This document shows, piece after piece, positions 20,553-29,886 of a stretch of 64,000 nucleotides of DNA (position 1 is the stretch's first letter; each line of letters starts with the position of its first letter). The notes below the pieces were generated by a model. It saw only the letters and a program-made list of their open reading frames with translations. It was not told the origin of the DNA and did not search any database. The stretch covers positions 1,664,001 through 1,728,000 of the forward strand of contig CAWIIB010000009.1 of the NCBI GenBank assembly GCA_963836075.1, written 5' to 3'. This DNA is from an uncultured Acidobacteriota bacterium. GTDB taxonomy: Bacteria; Acidobacteriota; JAQAZP01. Both the position numbers and the translations under genes were made by a program.

Positions 20553-20933
20553 CTACCCTTCCTTCTTCTTCAGCAGATCTCCCAGACCGGCAAAGGGCTG
20601 GTGCAGGCCTTCGGCCTGCCGCTGCGGGGCCGGCGCGTCACCGGTGAGGGTGTCGGCGACGATGTTCCGTTCGTGCTCGTTGTCGTGGCAGTAGAGGCAG
20701 AGCAGCTCCCAGTTGCTGCCGTCGGGCGGGTTGTTCTGTGCGTCGTGGTCCTTGTGGTGGACGGTCAGCTCACGCAGGCGCCGGCCCTCGAACTCGCGGC
20801 CGCAGTGGGCGCAGACGTGGGGCAGGAGTTTGAGGGCCCGGGAGCGGTAGGTGCCGTCCTCCCGGGCCTTGTCCCTGCGGAACTCGGCGACGATGGGGTC
20901 CAGGTTGTCGTCGGAATTTCCGGTCTGTGACAT
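20553..20933 (-). CDS. yajD: YajD-family HNH nuclease
   Basis: 'YRSRALKLLPHVCAHCGREF...LRELTVHHKDHD..NNPPDGSNWELLCLYCHDNEH'. Confidence 0.88.
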   Translation of the reverse strand: MSQTGNSDDNLDPIVAEFRRDKAREDGTYRSRALKLLPHVCAHCGREFEGRRLRELTVHHKDHDAQNNPPDGSNWELLCLYCHDNEHERNIVADTLTGDAPAPQRQAEGLHQPFAGLGDLLKKKEG

Positions 20934-20948
20934 GTCAGCGCCCCGGGA

Positions 20949-21335
20949 TCAGGAAGCGGCGGCCTCCTTGATGTGGCACTTCTTGCACTCCTTGGCCCCC
21001 TTCACCGGACCGCCCTTTTCACCGGCGTCGATCTTTTCCTGGTGGCAGCCCTGGCAGTTGTCGTGCACGGCGTCCTTCAGCTTCGGCGCCTCGTCCTTGA
21101 CCTCCTTGGGCATGTGACAGGCGGAGCAGGGCTGGGGCACGGCATCCCCCTCGGTCTTGTGGTGGCACGTGGTGCAGGGTCCGACACGTCCCGCGTGTTC
21201 CGCGTGCTTGAAGGTCACGGTCCCCATTTTGGCGTCAAAGGCGATGACCTCCTTGTCCGCGGGGATCTCGGCGGCCAGGACGAGGATACTGGTGAGGGCG
21301 AGCAGGGCGATCAAGGTGAATAATGATTTCTTCAA
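20949..21335 (-). CDS. Small periplasmic tetraheme cytochrome c3 (class III)
   Basis: TTG start at 21335 behind a GGGGAG RBS, signal peptide, 'VTFKHAEH' and four CxxCH (CTTCHH, CSACH, CQGCH, CKKCH). Lys-rich. Confidence 0.88.
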   Translation of the reverse strand: MKKSLFTLIALLALTSILVLAAEIPADKEVIAFDAKMGTVTFKHAEHAGRVGPCTTCHHKTEGDAVPQPCSACHMPKEVKDEAPKLKDAVHDNCQGCHQEKIDAGEKGGPVKGAKECKKCHIKEAAAS

Positions 21336-21489
21336 GGTGGACTCCCCTTGTTCAGGCGGTGCCGCACACATTTTTCGGGGCCGGCGACAACGCGGATGCA
21401 TGTTTGGGATGATTGATTGGTACCGGTAATTCGTTAGAAACCATACAAGTTTTATATACACCAGAGGTAGGGCAGTGTCAATGCGATGT

Positions 21490-21518
21490 GCGGCGGCCGG
21501 GGCTTTCCCGGCCGCCGC
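21490..21518 (-). terminator. GC-rich hairpin just downstream of ccsA (terminator or mRNA-stabilising stem)
   Basis: Perfect 12-bp stem GCGGCGGCCGGG-GCTTT-CCCGGCCGCCGC. No U-tract. Confidence 0.45.
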
Positions 21519-21525
21519 CAATGGT

Positions 21526-23370
21526 TCAGGCCTCAGCCGGCCCGGTTCGGCGAGATTTGGCCACGAAATATCCCACAGCGGCGAAGACGATCTCCAGGAT
21601 CGTGATGGCCATGATCCAGATCATGTTTTTCTGCGAGAAACCGTAGTTGTGCAGGCCCACGCTGAGCAGGTTGACCCCGAACCAGGCCATCACCACGGTG
21701 ACGCTGGTCAGCCCCAGGGTCGAGGCGTAGGCCGCCCGGCCCAGCAGTCCGGCCAGCCGGCCGTGCAGGACGAAGAGCAGCCAGAGGATGATCAGCAGGG
21801 CGCCGTTCTCCTTGGGGTCCCAGCCCCAGAACCGGCCCCAGGACTGGTCGGCCCAGATGCCGCCGAGGATGGTGCCCAGGGTGGTGAAGAAGAGGGCGGT
21901 CACCGCGGTGCCCCGGGCGGTCTGCAGCAGCGACTCGGCCTGCTCGCGGGCCTCCGGTTTGGCGATCAGCTGGACCAGCAGGATGTGCCCCACCAGGGCG
22001 GCCACCATGGCCGCGCCGTAGCCGATGGTGATGGTCACCACGTGGGTGGCCAGCCAGAAGTTGGAGTCGAGCACGGCCACCAGCATGCCCATGGTGTCCC
22101 CCTCGGCGGCGTAGCGGAAGCCGAGGAAGTGGAATGCCGCGCCAAGGGTGGTGGCGGTGAGCAGTCCGATACGGTCCTTGCGGGACACTTCCACAAAGAT
22201 GCCCATCACCACCGCCACCAGCCCGACAAAGACGATCGACTCGTAGAGGTTGGACACCGGCGCCCGTCCCAGGATCAGCATGCGGATGAACAGGCCGGCG
22301 GTGTGCAGGCCGGCGCCGGCAATGAGCAGCCACAGGCTGAAGCGGCGGGTCCAGGCCGGGATGACCAGCAGGCCGGCCAGCAGCAGCAGAAAAGCGCCGA
22401 TGTAGCAATAGAGGCTGCGGTGAAAGAGCTTGGCGTTGTTGTAGAACAGCTCGAGGTCCACCGGTTGGTCGGCGGCCAGCGTTCGCCCCAGGGCTTCGGC
22501 TTTGCGGCCGGCAGTGGGGTCGCCGCCGTAGATGGCGGCCAGGCAGCGTTCCAGCTGCTCCAGTTGCTGCAGCTGACGGTCGCTCAGTTCCGGGCTGTCC
22601 AGCAGCTCCCAGGGGGACTGCCACTGTTCGCCCTCCTCGGGAGGCAGCATCGGCAGGCCGTGAAAGCCCCGGTCGGCCAGCCGCGAGTTGAGCTGTGTGG
22701 TGAACTCCTGCAGCGCCTGCCGTCGCGGGCCTTCGGTCACCTCGCCTGCTTCGTACTCCTCGATCAGTGACACGGTGACATCGCGGTGCTGCATGAACCG
22801 CAGGTAGCTGGTTGCCTGGCCCGGCTGCAGGCCGAAGCCGGCGGCGATCTCCGGGTCGCTGATCCGGATCGTCGGAGTCAGGGCGGTGAGCGACCGGCTC
22901 AGCTCCTGGTAGCGCAGGCACTTGACGTAGGCGTCCACCATCTGGTTTTCGATCAGTGTCCGCTCGGCCGGCGGTTTGCCGTAGAGCTCGTGCAGCATCT
23001 CCAGCATGCCCTGCATGCCGGTGGTCAGTAAACGGTAGGAGTAAAGGTTGTCGGCCACCGGCTCGATGCCCAGGGCCACCAGCACATCGTCGTTGCGGAT
23101 CCGGAACAGCGATTCGTTCATCGCCGTATCCGGGTCGAGCAGGGTGTCGGCCAGCCAGGCGCTGGCCGAGCGGCCCCCGATGCTGCTCCGGTGATGGAAG
23201 GTGAGCAGCTGGTCCCGGGCAAAGGTGTCCATCGGTTTGAGCCGCCCCTGGTGCTGAATCACCAGGCGGCCGAAGGCTTCGGCACTGCTTTCGCTCACCG
23301 CGGCACCGGCGGTACCGCCCAGGGCGAAGAGGAGACCGACGAGAACGATGAGGATCATATGTCTTTTCAT
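21526..23370 (-). CDS. ccsA: Cytochrome c biogenesis protein CcsA (System II) with a large periplasmic domain
   Basis: WWD motif 'WADQSWGRFWGWDPKE', plus 'GRAPVSNLYES', 'VLDSNFWLATHV' and 'GLHNYGF'. Confidence 0.93.
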   Translation of the reverse strand: MKRHMILIVLVGLLFALGGTAGAAVSESSAEAFGRLVIQHQGRLKPMDTFARDQLLTFHHRSSIGGRSASAWLADTLLDPDTAMNESLFRIRNDDVLVALGIEPVADNLYSYRLLTTGMQGMLEMLHELYGKPPAERTLIENQMVDAYVKCLRYQELSRSLTALTPTIRISDPEIAAGFGLQPGQATSYLRFMQHRDVTVSLIEEYEAGEVTEGPRRQALQEFTTQLNSRLADRGFHGLPMLPPEEGEQWQSPWELLDSPELSDRQLQQLEQLERCLAAIYGGDPTAGRKAEALGRTLAADQPVDLELFYNNAKLFHRSLYCYIGAFLLLLAGLLVIPAWTRRFSLWLLIAGAGLHTAGLFIRMLILGRAPVSNLYESIVFVGLVAVVMGIFVEVSRKDRIGLLTATTLGAAFHFLGFRYAAEGDTMGMLVAVLDSNFWLATHVVTITIGYGAAMVAALVGHILLVQLIAKPEAREQAESLLQTARGTAVTALFFTTLGTILGGIWADQSWGRFWGWDPKENGALLIILWLLFVLHGRLAGLLGRAAYASTLGLTSVTVVMAWFGVNLLSVGLHNYGFSQKNMIWIMAITILEIVFAAVGYFVAKSRRTGPAEA

Positions 23371-24506
23371 CGTGCGGCCTCCTCTGTCTGCCGGCGTCGT
23401 TTCGCTGTGTTGACAAACATGATGGCCAGGTGGATCAGCATCCCCACACAGATGATGATGCTCGAGATGTAGGGGAAGAGACGCCCGGCGTTGCGGACCA
23501 CCGAGAGCACGGTGGTCTGTTTACGACCGTCGATGTATTGAGACTGGTAAAAGGTGTAGCCCTCGGAGCGCAGGGGATGGTTCATCCAGATGTCGGCTTT
23601 TTGCGTGCTGGCTCCACGGATCACCTTGACGTGCGAGCGGTAGTCCCGGGCCATCTGGGTGCCCGGGTGCTTGCTCATTTCGAAATCCTCCAGCAGGATC
23701 TCGAACGGCAGCTGGTAGCGGCGGGGCCGCAGTTCCACCTTGAACAGTTCGGCGCCGTCCGGTCCGCGGACCGTGGTGGGCGGGAAGCGCTCCAGCGCCA
23801 GGTAGAGGCCGTCCACCTGGTCACCGGCGCCGCTCACCCGCAGCACCGCACCGGCACGGCCATCGTCCTCGCCGGTTTTGGGCAGGATCTGCAGTTCGCT
23901 GGTGGCGGCCATGCCGCGGGCCTCCGGCGGGCTCTCGCCGCTGCGCTGGACCACCTCGCAGTTCTCGTGCAGTTCCTCGATGGTGATGGAACCGCCGTTG
24001 ATCGCCTGCAGGGGCATCTCCTTCCCCGGTTTCATGAAACCGCCGGCATAGGCGGTCACATCGGCGAATTCAGGGTCGGCAAGGCTGGTCACCGACAGTT
24101 CCTTGGCGTAGTGGTCTTCGAAGAAACCGCGCTGTTCCCCCTCGGGGATCAACATGTAGCCTTCCACCGACTGGTAGGCGGTGATGAACCCCCCCACCAG
24201 CAGCAGCAGGGCGCCGAGATGGGAGATGATCACTCCCGAGCGCCGCCACTGCAGCGGCGTGCCGAAGATCAGCCGCGCCATCAGGTTGACGAAAATCACC
24301 GCCATGGTCAGCCGCCCGCCGGGCAGCGGGAAGAAGGCCAGCCAGAGGATCCAGGAACTGAAGTAGCGCATCTGCGCATCGTGGAGGCCGATATATTTCT
24401 GGGCAATGGATCCCACCACGGTGAGCACGATCAGCCAGAGCAGCGCGTAGCAGAAGATTTCCGTGGAACCGAGTTTACGGCCCCAGCGGTGCAGTGCAGA
24501 GGCCAT
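23367..24506 (-). CDS. ResB/CcsB-like cytochrome c biogenesis protein
   Basis: ATG 24506. Three N-terminal TM segments with conserved His ('IISHLGALLLLVGG'), and 'MNHPLRSEGYTFYQS'. Stop overlaps the ccsA start. Confidence 0.85.
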   Translation of the reverse strand: MASALHRWGRKLGSTEIFCYALLWLIVLTVVGSIAQKYIGLHDAQMRYFSSWILWLAFFPLPGGRLTMAVIFVNLMARLIFGTPLQWRRSGVIISHLGALLLLVGGFITAYQSVEGYMLIPEGEQRGFFEDHYAKELSVTSLADPEFADVTAYAGGFMKPGKEMPLQAINGGSITIEELHENCEVVQRSGESPPEARGMAATSELQILPKTGEDDGRAGAVLRVSGAGDQVDGLYLALERFPPTTVRGPDGAELFKVELRPRRYQLPFEILLEDFEMSKHPGTQMARDYRSHVKVIRGASTQKADIWMNHPLRSEGYTFYQSQYIDGRKQTTVLSVVRNAGRLFPYISSIIICVGMLIHLAIMFVNTAKRRRQTEEAAR

Positions 24507-24507
24507 C

Positions 24508-25095
24508 TCAGCTTCCCCCCGCTCTGGTGAAGCTCGCCAGGAACCCGGTGAATTGTTCTTCCACGGCGCCGACCAGCTCAGGGGAGCCGGTGAGCTTGAC
24601 GAACATGGAGTGGTCCCCGGCAAAGAGCATCCCCACCAGCATCCCCTTGTTCACCGGCTCGCCGTTGACCAGTGTCCAGCAGGTGAACGTGCCGGCCGGC
24701 GAGACCAATTCCCGGCCCTGGGCCTCCGGTTCCCCTTCGGCCACCGGCTGCAGGCCCAGCTGCCCGCGCCAGCGGTTGAGGTTGTTCAGCGGCCCGCCGG
24801 CGGCTCCGGAGAGCCGGACCACCGACAGGTCGCCCTGCTGGTCGCCGTGGGGCACCAGGTAACTGGCGATCCTCATGGATGAGGGGGGCTGGCTCACCCA
24901 GCCGTCCGGCGCCTGCCAGGAGTAGTTGCCGGACAACGGCGGGTGACCGGACGGCATCTGCTGCTCCGCCGCCGGGGCCGCCGGGGCCGTCCGGGCCTCG
25001 CGGTACTGGTCGATCTTTTCGCTCTCTCCGCAGCCGGCGAGCGGCACGAGAATGGCCAGAACGGTCAGCAGCGTCCACAGACTTTTCATCTTCAT
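24508..25095 (-). CDS. Uncharacterised lipoprotein at the head of the ccs operon
   Basis: Lipobox LAGC. Motifs 'MPSGHPPL', 'W.APDGW....PSSMRIASY' and 'NNLNRWRGQLGL'. Confidence 0.75.
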   Translation of the reverse strand: MKMKSLWTLLTVLAILVPLAGCGESEKIDQYREARTAPAAPAAEQQMPSGHPPLSGNYSWQAPDGWVSQPPSSMRIASYLVPHGDQQGDLSVVRLSGAAGGPLNNLNRWRGQLGLQPVAEGEPEAQGRELVSPAGTFTCWTLVNGEPVNKGMLVGMLFAGDHSMFVKLTGSPELVGAVEEQFTGFLASFTRAGGS

Positions 25096-25227
25096 TTGTA
25101 TTCCATTTCCGAGACGGCCCTGGTGCGGCCTGAATGGCCGGGGCCGGGCGCGGCGCTCTGGCCGCATGGTTGATCAATCCGGGGTCTGTTCAGAGACATC
25201 AGAATTGATGAATGCGGTTCACTACAC

Positions 25228-25273
25228 AATATGCAACCCATGCATATTATACAAAACCTTCAAGATAAGTCGA
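25228..25273 (-). promoter_or_regulatory. Promoter of the ccs operon with an overlapping palindromic operator
   Basis: Minus-strand TATAAT (25251-25246) and TCGACT 16 nt upstream. Inverted repeat AATATGCA-N5-TGCATATT at 25228-25248. Confidence 0.55.
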
Positions 25274-25317
25274 CATCCAAAGCGACCCATGGAGTCGCCG
25301 CATTGTGGCGATCCTGC

Positions 25318-28300
25318 TCAGGGACTGTCCACCACCGCCACGTTGCCGCCATGGGTCACCGCGGCGTCGTAGGCTTCGAAATCCACCCCGGTCATGGCCG
25401 TTGCCGTGCCGCCGTCCACGTTCCAGCCGCGGACCCGGCAGCTGTACCCGGCGTCGGGCCCCGGAGCGGTGAGAATCTCGTCCATGCCGTCGCCGTCCAG
25501 GTCGCCGGTCCCCACCCGGGCGCCGTAGAGGTAGCCGGGGTAGGCGGTGAAACTGACTCCGGGAAGGGCGGAAGCGGCACCGCCGGTGACATCCCAGCCG
25601 CGGACGTGGGCGCCGAAGACCACCCCCGGCCCGGGGCCGGTGAGGATCTCGTCATCACCATTGCCGTCGAAGTCGCCGCAGGCCACGTTGACCCCGAACT
25701 GGTTGGTGCCGTAGGCGAAGTAGCTCACCCCCGACATGGGTGTCAGTGAGCTGCCGTCGTAGTTCCAGCCGCGGACGTGGGGCCCGAAGACCGAGCCCGG
25801 ACCGGCGCCGGTGACAATCTCGTCCATGCCGTCGTTGTCGATATCGCCGCAGGCCACGTTGACCCCGTATTTCAGGGTGCCGTAGGCAAAGTAGCTGACC
25901 CCGGAGATGGGGGCCAGGGTGCCGCCGTCGTAATTCCAGGCCCGGACGTGGGGACCGAAGACTGCTCCCGGACCGGCGCCGGTGACGATCTCGTCGATGC
26001 CGTCACCGTCGATGTCGCCGCAGGCCACGTTGACCCCGTATTTCAGCGTGCCGTAGGCAAAGAAATTCACAGCGGAGATCGGCGTGCCGTTGTATTCCCA
26101 GCCGCGGACGTGGGGACCGAAGACCGCGCCGGGGCCCGGGCCGGTGACCAGCTCCTGGACGCCGTCGCCGTCGATGTCTCCCGCGGCCACGTTGACTCCG
26201 TACTGGGACACGCCGTAGGCGTCGTAGGTGAACAGGGCCGTGCCCGGACTGGCCGCGCTGTACAGCCGCACCTCGGGCGGGTTGGCCGGTCCGGGGCCCG
26301 GGCCGGTGGCGATCAGCGGCACCGCCACGCCGTCACCGGCCTGGAAGCTGGCGGCCCAGGTGTTCCAGTTGTTTGACGAGGGCGCGTACTCGTGGTGGGC
26401 CCAGAAAGTAGTGCCGTCGGCCGGGTCCACCGCCACGGAGCTGTAGTCCCCCCAGCGGGAGCCGCTGGTCCCGTTGCTCTCCTTGAGGATCACCGATGGC
26501 GGCCATGCTGCCCGCCGGGTCGGAGGCCAGCCGGGTGGCCCGGCTGATGGAGATGTACTCGTCGGACGCGGAACGGGCAAAGCAGGTGGCCGCGTTGCCC
26601 AGGGCGTCCACGGTGATGCTGTTGAAGAAGGTGTGGATGTCGGAGCCGGGGTCGATCTCCCCCGACTGCACCAGCTCCGGCATGCCGCTGTCCGGCCAGC
26701 CGTTGGTGGCGATCTGGTACCAGCGGGCGCGGATGGGGTTGCCGTGGTGGTGCGCGGCCCAGAGCGAACCGTTGCGCCAGACACAGTGCCAGAAGCGGGC
26801 GTCAAAGGTTTCCGGCCGGGTGGACGTGCCCATCTGCGGCGGGTTGGTGGGCCGGCCATAGGCCGGCACGGTGACGGTGGTGGTGACCCGGGTGGGGCTG
26901 CCCAGCGGGTCGGTGATGGCGTGCAGCCGCACCGAGTTGTTCGAGCTGGACTCGAAGTGCTCGATCATGTACATCGCCGGCGCGTTGCCGTAGATCACCG
27001 GGATGCCGTGGGACTGGGTGCCGGTGATGGTGAGGATGTTGGTGACCTCGGCCGTGCCGCCGCTGAGCAGCGGCGTCTTGTCCATGATGTAGATCATGTA
27101 GTTGACACTGGTCCAGACGTCGGCGGTGAGGTAGACCGCGTCGGCGTCCACGGCCAGGTTCGGTGAATCGATGCCGCCGCCGGCGTAGTCGGTGGCGTCG
27201 ATGCGATACTTGTACCAGGTCCCCTGCGGGTCGTCATCGTCGGAAACGGCGAGGAGGAAATAGGAGTCGTTGGAGGTTCCCTGCTCGTTGGCCATGGCGA
27301 TATAGCGCTGGTCGTGCGGGTCGTAGATCACCTCGGGGTCGAAGACGAAGTTGGTGGCCCCCACAGAGCCCCAGAAGCCGTTGCCGCCCTCGATCTCGTC
27401 CTGGAACAGGTTGTTGCCGGCCTTGTCCAGAATGGCGATCCCGCCGTTGACCATGGCCACCACGTGGTTCGGCCCCACTGCCATGTGCGGGTCGGGGGGG
27501 CCCCAGCCGGTGTTGGTGATGGCGATGAAGCCCTCGTCGGCCAGCGGGAAGGGCGAGGGGTCGCCGCCATGGGGATCGCGGGAGATGGTTTTCGGGTCGT
27601 AGACCGGCGGGACGTGCGGCATGGCCGCCTCCACCGCCATGACCACCGGTTCCACCTGCCGTGACGTGCTGGCGCTGCAGGGGCCGGCGAGTTTTTCCTC
27701 GAGCCGCCGGCAGAAGGCTTCCTGCCAGTGGAGGGTGTTCTCCACATCCTGGCCGTCGTCGGGGACCAGCAGGGTCAGGTGGGCGCCCTTTTCGTCCCCC
27801 AGCCCGCCGTCGCCCGACCAGCAGACGGCCAGCGAGCCATCCCGGCCAAACAGGGCCTGGGTCCGGCCGGCAGACACCTGCAGCCGCTGGTTGCCATGGT
27901 CACCGGAGGTGAGACGGAAGCCGGCTTCACGCGGGGCTCCGTTGCTGCTGAAGAAGCGGCCCCGCACGTGGGCCTCCCGGGCCAGCGAGTCGAAGTGGTT
28001 CCAGAGAATGACGAACCCGCCGTCGGGGTCGGCGGCGATGGCCGGACCGTTCTGCAGGCCCAGGGTCAGATCGTTCACCGGGAAGACGGGGCCGCGGGCC
28101 GTTCCGGCCGGATCGATGATGCGGGCCAGGATGCCGTAGTCGTTCCCGTCGCCTCCCGAGCTGGGCCAGGCCACCACCAGGCTGCCGTCAGCCAGGACGG
28201 CCAGGGTGGGCTCCACGTCTCGCCAGGTGTCGGTCGCGCGGCTCACCCGACAGGGCTCCCCCAGAACCGCGCCGTCCGGGTTGAACCGCTGGATATAGAT

Positions 28301-29101
28301 TCCGTCCGGTCGATTCTCCGCGGTGAAGGCGGCCCAGGCCAGGGCCACCCCGCCCGAGGGCAGGGTGCAGATGGCCGGGGTGCGGGCGCCCGGGGCCGTG
28401 TTCACACGCAGCGGCTGTTCATCGCCCGCGGGGCGGCCGGCGGCATCGAAAAAGCGCAGGAACAGCGTGGTTTCCCCATCATCTCCGGGGCCGGTCCAGG
28501 CTGCGGCCAGCCCGCCGCGCCCGTGGCCGCAGGCAACCAGCTCGGTCTGGTTCCCCTCGGTGGCACTGTTCAGCCGGATCTCCTCACCGCCCTCGCCCAG
28601 GTAGCGGCCAAACCGGCGGGCGTAGAGACCGCCCAGATGGCCGTCCTGGCCCGCCGATTCCCAGGCCACCCAGCCGCCGCTGCCTTCACTGTCCGGCACC
28701 GCCACCGGCCGGCCCTGGGAATGTGGCAGGTGGAGGTTGAGGTGCTGTTCGTTGCTCAGGAAACGGCCGGCGGTATCGAGGCAGCGGCCATACACCCCCT
28801 CCACCACTTCCTGGCGGCGGCTCTGCCAGGCCACCCAGAGCAACCCCTGGCCATCAAGACCGAGGGTGGGCCACTCCTGGCGGCTGGGGGTGAAACTGTT
28901 CAGCCGGGTCTCCACACGCTGCCAGGACCGGCCGTCCAGCACCAGGCGGTCCTGGCGCCGCAGACCGGCATCGTCCCTGCCATCGGGACAGAGTGCTCCG
29001 AGGGTTTCGCCGTGAAACGCGGCGGCAGGCTGGGCCGTCAGGGTCAGCAACAGTGCTGCGGCAACAACCAGCGATACGAACAGAGGTTTTGAAGCACTCA
29101 T
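25318..29101 (-). CDS. Large secreted multidomain protein (7-repeat beta-propeller, unknown central domain, C-terminal FG-GAP-like repeats); frameshifted in the assembly
   Basis: Signal peptide MSASKPLF... and seven '..(V/L)N....Q..P.......G...(V/A)W' repeats. Central 'PPDPHMAVGPNHVV...FDPEVIYD...RWGDYS'. ORFs 26333..29164 and 25318..26859 join by removing one base near 26495. Confidence 0.75.
25470..26200 (-). repeat. Intragenic tandem repeats (about 162-171 bp) encoding FG-GAP-like units
   Basis: Five copies of G(V/A)(N/R)VxxGD(I/F/L)DG(D/N)GxxE(I/L)xT(G/A)xGP, followed in four copies by G(A/S/V)VFG(P/A)HVR(G/A)W. Confidence 0.85.
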
Positions 29102-29244
29102 CGATATCCTCCACGAAGTTGAGGGAAACGCACCCCGGCACATTGGGGAAATCCTGGCAGGCAAGGCGGGCTACCGGAATCCGGAAGAAAAATCATAGGT
29201 GATTCGGGGGAGGCAGTCAATCGCGGACCCGGAGACCCGGACCG

Positions 29245-29273
29245 TTCGATATTGCGCGGCCATGGGGTATAAT
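29245..29273 (+). promoter_or_regulatory. Sigma70-like promoter, probably giving a leaderless transcript
   Basis: TTCGAT, 17-nt spacer, TATAAT (29268-29273). ATG lies only 7 nt downstream, with no SD sequence. Confidence 0.5.
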
Positions 29274-29280
29274 CGGGCAA

Positions 29281-29886
29281 ATGTATGAAAAATTTCTTGA
29301 TCTGTTCTTTCCCCTGCTCTCCCGCTGGGCCCTCGTGCGCCACCGCGGCATCTGGGGGCTGAAAGCGGCGGTGGCGGCGGCACCGTCTGCGGCGAAACGG
29401 GAGCGGCTGCGCATGATCTATGACCGGCTGCTGGCCCGTCAGGGCAGCTGGATCGGGTACAGCGCCGAGTTCAAGGGCCTTCCCTGTTTCCCCCATCACC
29501 TCAACGGGATCTACATCTCCGGTGAGGCCCGCATCGGGCGGAACGTCGTGATCCATCACCTCGTTTCCATCGGCTCCAACAGGCTGGCCGGCAGCAGGAA
29601 GTACGGGGCCCCCACCATCGGCGACAACGTGTACATCGGCACCGGGGCCTGCATCATCGGCCGGGTCACCGTGGGCGACAACTGCCGCATCGGGGCCAAT
29701 GCCGTGGTCTACGATGACATGCCGCCGAACTCGGTGGCCGTTCAGCAGCCGACGAGGGTCATCCAGCGGGATGAACCGCTGGACAACCGGTTCTTCACCC
29801 GCCGCGGAGGCCGGCGGGTCTACTATGACGACGGGAGCTGGGTGGAAGCGGGTGAGGGGGAAGATCGAGATTCCGAACGTGCGTAA
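29281..29886 (+). CDS. Serine-acetyltransferase-like hexapeptide acyltransferase (polysaccharide O-acetylation)
   Basis: 'FPHHLNGIYIS..ARIGRNVVIHH.VSIG...GAPTIGDNVYIGTGACIIGRVTVGDNCRIGANAVV'. Confidence 0.85.
   Translation: MYEKFLDLFFPLLSRWALVRHRGIWGLKAAVAAAPSAAKRERLRMIYDRLLARQGSWIGYSAEFKGLPCFPHHLNGIYISGEARIGRNVVIHHLVSIGSNRLAGSRKYGAPTIGDNVYIGTGACIIGRVTVGDNCRIGANAVVYDDMPPNSVAVQQPTRVIQRDEPLDNRFFTRRGGRRVYYDDGSWVEAGEGEDRDSERA

Noticed and set aside
20553-20933. HNH nuclease as a sign of a mobile or defence element
   Set aside because: It matches the conserved stand-alone YajD family, with no adjacent integrase, methylase or att-like repeats.
25470-26200. Regularly spaced DNA repeats resembling a CRISPR array
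   Set aside because: The units are in-frame coding repeats of 162-171 bp with synonymous variation, and there are no cas genes.
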